A stretch of DNA of 64,000 nucleotides from Dudresnaya verticillata. Taxonomy: Eukaryota. Location of the stretch: contig OZ374559.1 in NCBI GenBank assembly GCA_977862235.1, forward strand, positions 992,001 through 1,056,000, given 5' to 3'. The position numbers and the translations under genes were made by a program. Below, one piece after another: positions 13,352 to 25,124 of this stretch. The number at the start of each line of letters is the position of its first letter. Within the stretch, counting starts at the first letter, position 1. The notes below the pieces were generated by a model, which was not told the origin of the DNA, did no database searches, and saw only the letters and a program-made list of their open reading frames with translations.

Positions 13352-16300
13352 AGGCGAAGACGCCCGTTGTGTCACGTACTTCGTCTGAATCCGTCCCCCG
13401 AGAAACACGGCGTATTCCGATTCCGAGAACCACTACGATGCGAAGGAAGCGCGCTGCACGAAGACGCGACCGAAAGCGATGTCGAGTCCTCGCGAAAGAC
13501 GCTTCGTGCGAAAACAATTCGAAGACGAAACCGATCTCGAAGACCGAACCCGAAGTTACCACCGAGGGATACGTTTGCTTAATGACTTCGGAGATCTTCC
13601 TCGTGACCGGATCCATTGGCCTCGATGCCTCCGTAATGACACCACATACGATTGCAGTCGATACGTGTTCCGGTTACAACTTAATAGCCCGGGCTGCGTT
13701 ACCCACCGGTTGGGAAGCGAACGCGTCCACGATGGAATCAGCTCCGAGGCTCGCGTCCGCTGATCGCACCCCGTTGCGACTCGATGGTATCGTTTACCTG
13801 ACAGTCCGCCTTGGGAACGTTCGATACCGCGTACCCTTCGTGGTTGCGGAGAAACTCGCAGTCGACGTTCTCCTTGGAACTTCGTGGATGGACGCGCATT
13901 TACGAAGCATCGAGCTCAGCCCACGGAGGCTCATCACGAAGAGTGGAAGTACGATTCCGACTATCAACCGCATTGCTGGATCGGCTCCACCCGCTACTGA
14001 TTCGAAAAATCCGAAACAGAAATTCGGGAAAATGCTATCGAAGCGACACCAACGTGAGCTCCACGATTGGGACCGAGATACCTGTACCATTCGTTTGAAC
14101 CGCCGCGTCACCATACCGAGTTATTCGCAGAAGCTAGTCACCGTGACCTCGGAAGCACTCGGACTAATTCATATCGAACCGAAGCCTTCGTTACAACACC
14201 GACACGGAGTACGGTTAACGAACGGGATACACGAAGTCAGTCCGAATCGCGAGTTTTCGGTGTTGATGGCGAACTTCACGGATAAACCTCGAGCTCTACC
14301 GAAGGGAACCGTCATCGGATACGCAGCTCGAAACCCGCTCGCGATTCTGACACCCGATCGCGAAGTCGCGGATTCGTTTGCCAAGGTGCTCAACATCTCT
14401 ACGCTACGTGAGCACAACGACTCGAAGTCACCCGAAGAATCCGTATCCACGAAGGAAAAACCGCTCACGAAGGGCGCCGCGACTGCAGCAGCAGAAGCCA
14501 ATTCGAGTTCCCGCGATTGGGAAGAACGCGTAGACCTTTCGAACATACCCGATGCAACTATGCGAAACGAGGTCCTCGAGATGCTACGTAAGCACGAATC
14601 GATGTGGAACGGAGACCTCGGAACGATCGCAGCCACGGAGCATCGGATCGATCTACAACCCGGTACTCCACCTATCCGTTCGATGCCCTATCGTCAAGGG
14701 CCCGCAATACGTGAAATCGTGCGTAACGAAATCGAAAGTATGCTCGAAGCCGGCGTAATCGAACCAGCCACCTCGGAGTGGGCGTCCCCCGTAGTCCTCG
14801 CACCGAAGAAAGACGGAACACTTCGTTTTTGCGTAGATTACCGAAGACTCAATAAGAAGACGCTATCCGACGCGTACCCACTTCCCCGGATGGAAGATTG
14901 TATCGATTCACTCGGAGACGCTTCGATTTTTTCGACACTCGATTGTGACAGCGGATACTGGCAGATTCCGGTTGCCCCGGAAGACCGCGATAAGACTACG
15001 TTTACTTCGTTTCTCGGAACTTATCGTTATCTTCGTATGCCCTTCGGATTGAAAAACGCGCCCGCTACGTTCCAACGCGCACTCGACATCATTCTATCCG
15101 GAGTCCGTTGGCAGTGCTGTCTCGTTTACCTCGATGACGTGATCGTTTTCTCCGCGAATCTTCGTGAACACATCGCGCATCTCGATCAAGTTCTCACGCT
15201 ACTTCGTAACTCCGGAGTTTCGCTCAAGATGAAGAAGTGCAACGCGTGTAACGTATACCGAAGATTCGTGAAAGACTTCGCGAAAATTGCGCGACCATTG
15301 ACAAACATGACGCGAAAGGACGCGGATCCCGACTATGCGAATCCCACGGAGGATCAGGTTACCGCATTCGAAACGCTCAAACGGAAGCTCGTGTCACCGC
15401 CGATACTCCGGTTACTGCAACTCGGGAAACGTTACATTATCGATACGGACGAGTCTGCGTATCAACTCGGATGCGCGTTGCTACAGGAGCAAGATAACGA
15501 AGAATTCCAACCCGTGGGCTACTGGTCGTATTCGTTAAACGATGCCGAGAAGAACTACTCCGCAACCGAGCGCGAATGCTACGCAGTCGTATGGGCGGTT
15601 ACTTCGTTGCGTCCGTATATCGAAGGGACCCGGTTCACCGTGCGTACGGACCACGATGCGCTCCGATGGCTTCTTTCCCTTACCGGTTCGTCCGGGCGAC
15701 TCACGCGATGGAGGCTTCGCTTAGCCGAATTCGACTTCGAAATCGTGTATCGCCCCGGTCGCGTCCACCAGATTCCCGATGCCCTCTCGCGATTGCTACT
15801 TCCGCATCGCGAACAACCCGCAATCGACGACGAAGTTCCTACGTTTGACTCGGATCAAATCGCAGCGCAGAACGAAGAACGTTTCCGCAACGACATCACA
15901 AAAACCATCGAAAACGAAAGAGACCCGGTTCTCACTACTGCGCGATCCCGCAAACGTCAATCGAAGCCCACCGCGATTCGCCACGACTGTACGCGAAAGA
16001 CTACACCCGCGAAACGCGTACATCGAGCAGGCACTACGCCACGACCCACGGAAGTCACCACGGGTTCCGAACCCCACAATCATGCGTGCCACGAAGGCTG
16101 CGAGCACGAACCCGACGCAGAACTACGTGATGAATACGCAGGCCAAAAGGATGTCTACGATGACTGCGACTTATAGGACGATATCGATGACGATGATCCG
16201 TTTGACCTTTATCGAATTGACCCCAACGAAGAACCGAGTGACCTCACCGACGTGAAACCCGTGGACCTACCTGCGCCTATTACGGTAACCGAAATCCTCG

Positions 16301-17826
16301 AAGGACAACGTATTGATTCGTTCTGCCAAACGGTGCAATCACGACAATCGAAAACGAAGGATAGTCTCTTTCACGAAGATAGAGACGGTCTCCTGCGACG
16401 AACGCACCCCACGATTCCGAAGCTAACGCAAATCGTATTGCCCGAGACGCTCCGACCTGGCTTGCTCACGCTGGCGCATCATTCGTTACTCGCTGGCCAC
16501 CCGGGGCAAAATCGTATGTTCTACTCGCTTCGCGAAACGTATTACTGGCCTTACATGGCAGCCGATATCGCATCCACGGTTCGCAATTGCAAACATTGCG
16601 TAAGGAATCGAATCCGTCTCCGAAGGAATCTTCATCGCTTGAAGCTCTTTCCCGCTACGCGCCCACTCGAATCGGTCGCGATTGACATCTTAGGCCCGTT
16701 GCCACGAACGAAATCCGGACGCAAGTTCATCCTCGTGATTACGGACCGCTTTACGAAGTTGACCCAGGTGGCCACACTACGAGTAATAACCGCGTATCAC
16801 GTGGCCGTTGCCTTTTGCGAAGTTTGGATCTTCAAGTATGGACCGCCAGCCTCGGTGCTCTCGGATAACGGGAAACAGTTTACTTCGAAGTTCTTTCAGG
16901 GCGTCTTTCGCTTACTCGGGTTATCGAACGTATTCACTTCCGCGTATCATCCGCAAACGAATGGACAAACCGAACGCTATAACCGCACTATCCTCGCGAT
17001 GCTTCGTAACTACGTGAACGACCACCAAAACGATTGGGACCGCTACGTTTCCGCGTTAACGTATTCGTACAATTGCCACGTTCATCGGTCTACGAAGACA
17101 ACTCCGTTCAATCTCGTTTTATCGCGACCGCCGCCCGAGTTCACCGTGAAACATCGCTCCCGAAAGCATCGACCCAAACCCACGGAGGACCCTCGCAACT
17201 TTTTCGTTAAGCGACTCGATTTCGCTATCGATTCCGCACGCACTTCGTTACAGCGAGTTCAAAATCGTTACAAACGCGACTTCGATAAGCGCATCCGCCA
17301 CACGAAGAGCCGCGTCAAACCCGGAGACTACGTGTTCCTCGATACCCACGATGGGAAAACGAAACTTCCGAAGTTGAAATCCCCCGCGAAGGGGCCGTAC
17401 AAAGTGCTCTTCAACGATACGCGTACACTCGTGATCGATCGCAAGGGCCTCGTTGAACGCGTCTCCGCGGACCGCTGCATCTACGCGCCACCCCCTACGA
17501 ATACGCGACCGTCGATCACGCGACCCGAAGACATTGCGGAAAAGGTCAACGAAGGCCCCGAATACGTTGTCGATCGCATCCTCGATCACTCGACCGACGA
17601 AGACGGGAAATTCGTGTTTCGTATCAAGTGGGACGGCTACGCGACGCCTACGTGGGAACCTTGTACGCACGTGCCCGAAGAACTCGTTTCGCGCTACTTC
17701 GCAAGGCTTCGAAGCCAAGCGGACCCGCGTGATCCCGTGCTACTCGCCCACGAATGGCTCTCCGACTGGGACCCCGAGTGGTTCCGTGGCCCCGACTTCG
17801 TGCTCCGCAATTCGTCGCACGATTAA
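13330..17826 (+). pseudogene. pol: Element 1 pol (PR-RT-RNaseH-IN-chromodomain)
   Basis: AVDTCSG protease, YLDDVIVF RT, integrase zinc-binding and DDE motifs, KGPY, chromodomain EYVVDRILDH..WDGY..TWEP. In-frame TAG at 16174 and an in-frame RT deletion near 15240. Confidence 0.95.
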
Positions 17827-18905
17827 CGCTCCCACCATGTGCTGACTACGAAGCTGCTCATTCCGATTGCCTCGGAGCATCCGATCGCCCAGTGCCGCTC
17901 GGCGCACATCGCGGCCCAACTTCGTGCTACTCGACATCGCGGCCCACCTTCGTGACTCGACTCCGTATTTCACGACGCACCTTCGTCGCGCACGACCACA
18001 GCCCCGACACACACGGATGCCTCGGAGCAGATGGCCGCCACCCCGCACATGACAACGCAGCCCTCGGCGGCATCACGAAGCCCACTCCGCATCACCGTGT
18101 CCGCAAGCGCCGATGCCCACACGAAGTCGCTTCTCACGTAGTCGGAAGCGTTCCGTTTCGAGACGGGTGCGCCCACCGCTGCGGCGGTGGACACACACTG
18201 CGTCCCACGAGCTTCGTGATATTCGACAAAGGCGCACCGCGCGCACCCGTTTGCACCGCGGCACTCGCATTACAGGAGCTGACACCGCGACGGACGGACA
18301 CGCTGACCTATACGTAACTTTTCATACGCGCCTGACGTCATACTTCGAGGCCGATGCCACCCGCCACGCGCACTTCGACTTCGCACCCGCGCCTCACTTG
18401 CGACACGGAGCTCACCTGTTCCGACGCACCTTCGCAACGATCACGGAGTCTCTCGCATGGCCTCGGCGCCCCATTACGCATACGTTCCGCCTGCACCGAT
18501 GCGCCCCCGAAGCAGCTCGCCCGCCCGCAACAGCCCCGGAGCTCACGCTACCTGCCCTGCGCGATCATCGCAACACCCGCACAGCTCTCCGAGGAGCGCG
18601 TATCCGCAACCCAGCCCCCCAAGCACGTTGGCGCGGACGCCTTCGTCTTGAGGAGGGGGCCGTGCACGTGAAATTCCGAAGTCTCGATGACCCCGCCATT
18701 CGAGAACCGAAGCTGCGATTACGAATCCGTTTTGTCTCCGTGATTCCCGAGGTCTTCGCGGACTCCGAGGTCCAAGTCAATCGCGATTCGCAACTCTCGG
18801 TTTGTCGCGGTCGGATATCGAAATTCCGCGCTTCGTATTGCATCGTTTGCACGCAGGCCACGCCAATTCGTAAATCCGTAACCCGCGACCGGGACGTTCG
18901 CTCTT

Positions 18906-18915
18906 GAGGAGGGGG
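18906..18915 (+). promoter_or_regulatory. Polypurine tract, element 1
   Basis: GAGGAGGGGG followed by CCG and the LTR TG. Confidence 0.85.
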
Positions 18916-18918
18916 CCG

Positions 18919-19770
18919 TGTGGTATAGACGCTATCCGTGAAATAACTCCGTGATCTACGTGAAAAGAACCGAGAAATACGAATTTCAAAGTGACTTCGT
19001 GAATGCGCACGCCACGATGGCACACGTATTACAGAGCGCATATCGCGCGCGCCACGATGGCATACGCATTACAGCACGCACGTGATACAAAATCGCTGAC
19101 ACCTCCGGATGAATCCCGATCCGACTTCGTGATCGCGCGCGCCACGATGGCATTCGCATTACAGTGCGCACCCGATACCAAATCGCTGACACCTTCGTGA
19201 CTTTCCCGTTGTTTCCCGCGCGTAACGGCCCCGCGGCCCACGAGACACGCGCACCTCCGTATGCATCGCTGGCGCACTTCGCAACCGCCACCATACGTGA
19301 GGCGACCGTTCGTTGGCACCGAGGCCGTTACGAATCATTCGAGTACGAAAACGTCTCCCGCGTTGACGCGCATTCGTGCTCACGTAGTACTACTTAGTAG
19401 CCAGTCGTCTGGCACAACCTCCGAGGGTTCCTGATAAGCGACTAGCGCCCGGACCGCGGAGTCTTCGGTAAACGCTGTTTCTTCGAGTTCGGTGTCTTCG
19501 TCTTCGTGACTGCGGATACGGTCGAGCCTCGCTTTCGATAGCCTCGCGCACACGGATTTATCCCCGGTGATCAATCGCTCGAGTTCTCCCTTCCGCACAC
19601 GAATACGTTGACACCGTGGTCCTTCGTGTTAGCCGCTCCGCTCTACCACGCTACCACCCCGTTTTCGTTTCTTCGTTAGGCTACAAGGCCATTCGCTAGG
19701 CTCCGAGGCCATTCGCTTACAGTGCGAGACTTCCCCGCGTCTCCGTGGACTTCGTTTTCGTTATACCACA
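18919..19770 (+). repeat. Element 1 3' LTR (852 bp)
   Basis: TG...CA termini; contains repeated GCCACGATGGCA..CG.ATTACAG blocks. Confidence 0.95.
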
Positions 19771-20643
19771 GCGGCGTTGGGATATTTCCCGATTATACGC
19801 CGCCACAGGGGCGTAGATCCACCTCCCATTGCTCAAAATAATTCGTGTACAGTACACTGTAGTAGTTAGTATTAGCACGGTCACAAGCCCTATTTATTGG
19901 TCCCCTGAATAGCAGGGCACCCCTGATTGAACCCTACGGGGAGTTCCTCGGTCTTGACCATTTTCTGGATTCCGGGCGCTTCCCGTTCCCTTTTTGGACG
20001 CCAACTACAGGCTCGTCACCGTACGGCAGGTTCCCTGCGGAATACCGGGTCGCGTCCCCCTTTTCCTTTTCCTTTTTCCTGGCCTAGCGCCATTCTACCA
20101 AGCCTCTACCACACCCGAGCTACCTGTGAGCACGACGGCTCCGGACAGGTGTCCTTTGTTCTTTTTGCTCTTCCTGGGCTGGACCCGTTGTGCTACAGTT
20201 TGGTAGAGGCTTGAAAGGGGACAAGCCCTGATGGTCCGAAAGGGGTTGCGGAAGCACGATAAAGACTCGGCGCGACCGACTGAGGGAACAAATGGTGGTT
20301 GCGACCCGGTACTTCGTAGTGTACTTGTCCTACGATTTCCGGGCCTGTACCGGGCGACCCCTGCAGACCCGGAGCGTCATAACGACCAAAAGGTGAACAC
20401 TTTCCCAGCAAATCCGCTGAGCGATTATTCTCAGGGTGCCGGCTATTGCGGCGCCCGTAAGTAGGGCTTAAAAGTAGGCCTAAAAGTATATCAGCCCGGA
20501 AGGGGTCTAAGTTAGTCTCTGATTACAGTTACGTAGGTTAGTACAGTCAGCATAATGTAAATAGGGGAATGCGTTCCAGTTAGGGGACTTGGTGGCGGAT
20601 GCGCCGGTGTCCAAGCCAGGATCTCTGCTGCATTGTCGATACC

Positions 20644-21489
20644 TGTGGTATCACGAAGTCCACGGTGACGCGGGGAAGTCTCGCACTGTAAGGGATGGCC
20701 TCGGAGCCTAAAGAATGGCCTCGTAGCCTATCGGAGAAACGAAAAGGGGTGGTAGCGTGGTAGAGCGGAGCGACCAACACGAAGGACCACGGTGTCAACG
20801 TATTCGTGTGCGAAAGAAAGAACTCGAGCGATCGATCACCGGGTATGACTCCGGGTGCGCGGGGCTATCGAAAGCGAGGCTCGACCGTATCCGCGGTCAC
20901 GAAGACGAAGACACCGAACTCGAAGAAGCAGGCGTTTACCGAAGACTCCGAGGTCCGGGCGCTAGTCGCTTACCGGAAACCCTCGGAGATTGTGCCAGAC
21001 GACTCGCTACTAAGTAGTACTACGTGAGCACGAATGCGCGTCAACGCGGGAGACGGTTCGTACTCGAATGATTCGTAACGGCCTCGGTGCCAACGAACGG
21101 TCGCCTCACGTATGGTGGCGGTTGCGAAGTGCGCCAGCGATGCATACGGAGGTGCGCGTGTCTCGTGGGCCGCGGGGCCGTTACGCGCGGGAAACAACGG
21201 GAAAGTCACGAAGGTGTCAGCGATTTGGTATCGGGTGCGCACTGTAATGCGAATGCCATCGTGGCGCGCGCGATGACGAAGTCGGCTCGGGATTCGTCCG
21301 GAGGTGTCAGCGATTTCGTATCACGTGCGTGCTGTAATGCGAATGCCATCGTGGCGCGCGCACAGTACGTGCACTGTAATACGTTTGCCATCGTGGCGTG
21401 CGCATTCAGGGAGTCATTTCGAAGTTCGTATTTCTCGATTATTTTCACGTAGACCACGGAGTCGTTTCACGGATAGCGTCTATACCACA
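20644..21489 (-). mobile_element. Lone LTR of the element-1 family, inverted
   Basis: Reverse-complement match to 18919-19770 along its length. Flanks ATACC and AGAGT do not form a TSD. Confidence 0.92.
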
Positions 21490-22522
21490 AGAGTACAAAG
21501 CCGTATGAGGCTAAAGCTTGTAAAGCACCTGGAAGTGGGAGTACGGTGAGCCCGTGTAGACCAAACAAAGGGTACAGACCCGAAGCCCACCGTAGGGTTC
21601 TATTCCGCAGACCCCTGCTAGTCAGGGGCGCATTAAATATGGCGAAGGCCGAAAGCGCCTTCGCCGCTATTCCTTTTGGCATACACGCCAGGTCGAACTG
21701 ACGTCTAGCGCGGCTGGTCTCGTAGTCGCACCCAGACCCGTCGAAGGGTGGTAGCGGTGGTAGTAGAGCGGTGGTTTCTGTTGTGCAACGGCAATGGGGC
21801 CACTGAAAGGAAGCAACCCGACGGGCCAACTGTACGATCGGCCCAACCAAACGAAGACACTTGGCCAATGGAGTCGTGACGTCGGCGCGCGGACGGCTGA
21901 AACGTGGCCACCGATTGTGCACGTGGCTCACACGTGGCCACCTACCTCACCGAAGCGCACCAAGTGGCCCGCTGTACACGTATGATCCGATTTGCGGCCA
22001 GACACAAATTGAAATTGGATTTGGCCGCACGGTGAATCAAAGGGAAGACAGTGGAAAAATCAAGGGAAAATCTAACTCACATGGCCAACCATTAACGCAC
22101 AGGTACTTGGTTGAGTCTCGCAAGGCCTTACATTGGCCCGACGCGGGAACACAAGTAGATATTATGGGCGACAGGGGTAACCTCGGCCACTAACTGTAGG
22201 ATAGCCCTAGATTAGCTCAGATGGCCGATTTTGGGACTACTTAGCTGGCTACATACCACGGCTTAGCCAAAAAAGGTACGAAGCCGTCCCGCCAGAGGTT
22301 GGGAGTAAAGTTAGCAACTGAACCCCCGACTTGGCCATTTTCTGTCCTCATCACAGATTCTGGCCACGACTTCGTCTGCGCGCTCCCGCTCTACCACGCT
22401 TGCTACCGGCGCGCAGGTCCGCTCTACGTTCTGGCCAGTTTTAGTGAAATCCGACAGGTCTTTTTGGTCTTCTTGGGGTCTCGTTTCACAGCCGCATTCG
22501 GTGGTGCTTTATAGATACTACA
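21490..22522 (-). mobile_element. LTR-B remnant (related to LTR-A)
   Basis: Minus strand starts TGTAGTA and contains ATATTTAATGCGCCCCTGACTAGCAGGGG and GAACCCTACGG, as LTR-A does. Cut by the lone LTR. Confidence 0.55.
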
Positions 22523-23220
22523 GTGCCGGCCGCGCGCGCCGTCGACGGTCGCGGATCAATGGCGTCGAAGCCTGAGCGCGCACGGGGCGGACCGTACGCG
22601 GGCGGCAGCGGCCGAATCCCTGCGTCCCCGTCGTGGGGCGGCATGAAGCCGACGGTACGGAAAGGAAAGGGAAAGCCTAGGCGGCTAGGGAACGAGGGAA
22701 GCCGTAGGGCGAAGGACTGGGAAAGAAACCCAAAGCAGAAAGGGGCAAGCCTCGCGTAGGCTGGCTTGCCTTCTTTACTCAAGCCCAGAGGGGCGAATAC
22801 TAAATAGACTATAGGGCCTGCGGCGGCACCAACCCGGGAGGTGCGCCGGCCCGCCCTGACACGCGTCGACGCGTACGGGTAACGGTAACCCGGGGGCGCG
22901 CGTGGGCGAAACGGTCCACACGTACTCAACGGCTCGACGCCGGAGTACGCGCGCGCGTGTCACGCACTCAACTGCTCTACGCCGGAGTGCGTGCGCACGG
23001 CGCGCGGGGCAGCAGGGCGTTCGACCGCCGTTTACACTACACAGTGCTGTACACTACACAAAAATAATTACATGGGAGTTTCAGTGTCACACGCGTACAC
23101 GTGCACGCGCGGGCTCCACAGCGCACTTCCTTACAGTTCAGCGGGACTTCGGCGCCACCGGCTGACAGCGTGCGCACAGTGGTGCACACGTGGCGCAGCT
23201 GGTCTTACAGCTATGCCACA
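22523..23220 (-). mobile_element. LTR-C remnant
   Basis: Minus strand starts TGTGGCA exactly where gag homology stops; has CTGTAAG motifs, TATTTA and a pyrimidine-rich tract. Confidence 0.5.
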
Positions 23221-24768
23221 ATTGTCAACGGACGTGGACGAATGATCTCTTGCGGCACCGCGATTCGCGAAGTTATTACGCGTATACGGTCTCGTCTCGA
23301 GTTGATAGAGATATTTCTGGTGCACGCAGTAGAGCTCTTGCTCCTTCGTGAGCTCGGTCTCATCGAGGAACCACGAAATTGTTCGAACTGCTGCTCCTTT
23401 GGTGAGTCCGGCTCCATTCAACGCTTGTCGAATATCACGAAGAAATGCGAGAAGCTTTTTCGGATCGCGTCCCGTGAATTCATCGAGTCTCGACATCATC
23501 GAACGCATACGTGAAAACGTCTTAACCGTCTTCGATATGTTATCTTGCAATAATTCCTGCTGGTTATCTCGAGGTGACGAATCCATGAGTCGATACGATG
23601 GGTAATGAAAGGCCCGCGCGAATTCGGGAGTGAGCTTCGGACTCGGCTCGACGCCCGGCTCAAGCGGCCCCCAGTACCGCAACGACGACACGGGCCCCAC
23701 GGGCGATAACAGATCTTCGATATCGGGTCCTCCGGGGGACATCGGTGGTTTAAACGGATCTCGGAAGACTGCGGAGTTGATACGGGGGTTATCGGAGGCA
23801 TTGCTTGCCGGATGCGAAGTAGGACGGGAATGCGGAAATGGATTCAGATTCATATTTGCCGGTAACGTACATTGGGAACCCAGGCCTTGCACGGGTCCAA
23901 CTAGCGGCGGAATCCATGGGTTAGGACGGTCTTCGGGACGATCTTCGCGACTTCGAATGTTCTCTTTCGGTAACGCGGATGACAATATTTCGCGAATTGC
24001 GTCCAGCTGGGCCCTCGGAAATGTGTGCGAGCTTCGAACGGGAAGGGAGTGTCTAGCCTTTCCCACGGGGCGGTTTTGTTTCCCGCGAGCACGAGAAATC
24101 GGTTGTTGACTCCTGAGACGGGATCCTGGAGACTCTTGAGTGAGCCTGAGATCCTTTGGATCTTGTCAGAACGGAGAATGTTGAACTCTTCGTGAACTCA
24201 ATTATGCGTGTCACGAAGTGGACAGCGCGTCGATTACCTCTTCGTATAGTACACGTAGTTCGGAACCAGAGACGATCCTTATAGAGAAGTCTTCTCTTAG
24301 AGTCGATTTAAGGTATCCGAGGGAATAATTTTGAACGGATTGTACGTGTACGAGACATCGGAGGGGCTACCTTGACCCTGCGAACGCCAGTCTAATCGAA
24401 GATCGGGTTCCGTCGGACGCGAAGCACGAGCGAGAGAAAACGGTTCTGGCTAATTCGTGTTCTATTCGAACAACGGGAGCTCCGGAATCGGTACTTTGTG
24501 GCGTTTCGGAACCGGCGATTCGGGGTAACTCGGAGGGTGAGACATCGTGTCTCGGATAACAACGAATTACGAATTACGAATATGCGAAACTTCGGAACCA
24601 CGTTCTAGGTCGGGATACTAGTGTGGTATGACGAATAGTCCTCGGAGGCGCCGGGAAATCTCGCATTGTAAGCGGTGGCCTCTTAGCCAAAGGAAAACGA
24701 AAAAATGAAAATGGTGGTAGCGTTGTAGAGCAGCGAGACCGACGTCGAGGACCACGGTGTCAACGAAT
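23221..24768 (-). mobile_element. Element 2: truncated, diverged relative of element 1 (partial LTR, PBS, deleted gag)
   Basis: LTR end at 24622, degenerate PBS TAGTATCCCGACCTAGAACG, gag homology WGPLEPGVEP...LYQLETRPYTRNNF. Confidence 0.88.
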
Positions 24769-25124
24769 GGCGCCACGGTCGCCAAGACCAGGCTCCAGAA
24801 GCCTTCCGCCGCCTCCACCGCTTCCGCAGTCGCCTGCTTGTAGGCCGAACACTAGCAAGGGGGGGCCGGTTTCGGTCCACTGGGCGATTCCAGTCATATT
24901 GGAACCCCCCGATCGCTCCGAGGAATGCCATTTCCTATGCCCTTCCTCACCCGAACGATCGGTCTCGCGGAAACTCCCGCTTCCTCTTCCAAAAGTAGAT
25001 TTTAGCACGCCCCTTGGGCTTAGCCCCCGGGTACAAGTATGATGAGTATATTAAGGACCCAGTGTGCGCGCTATCGAGATAAAACTATAAAGTTGTCGCG
25101 TCCGTTGGGACCTCTGTTGAAAAC

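Larger units (their letters stand above)
10480..19770 (+). mobile_element. Full-length Ty3/Gypsy chromovirus, element 1 (defective)
   Basis: TGTGGTA...TACCACA LTRs, TSD GCGGC (10475-10479 and 19771-19775), PBS, PPT, domain order gag-PR-RT-RH-IN-chromo. Confidence 0.96.
10208..20197 (+). mobile_element. LTR-A, split by element 1 (10208-10479 + 19776-20197, about 694 bp)
   Basis: TGTAGCA...TGCTACA inverted termini; TATTTA-plus-hairpin motif at 19891; followed by a TGG-starting possible PBS at 20201. No partner LTR found in the window. Confidence 0.65.

Noticed and set aside
17827..18907. Antisense or extra ORF in element 1
   Set aside because: Region is only about 1 kb; its ORFs are Arg-rich GC artefacts with none of the motifs shared by elements 3 and 4.
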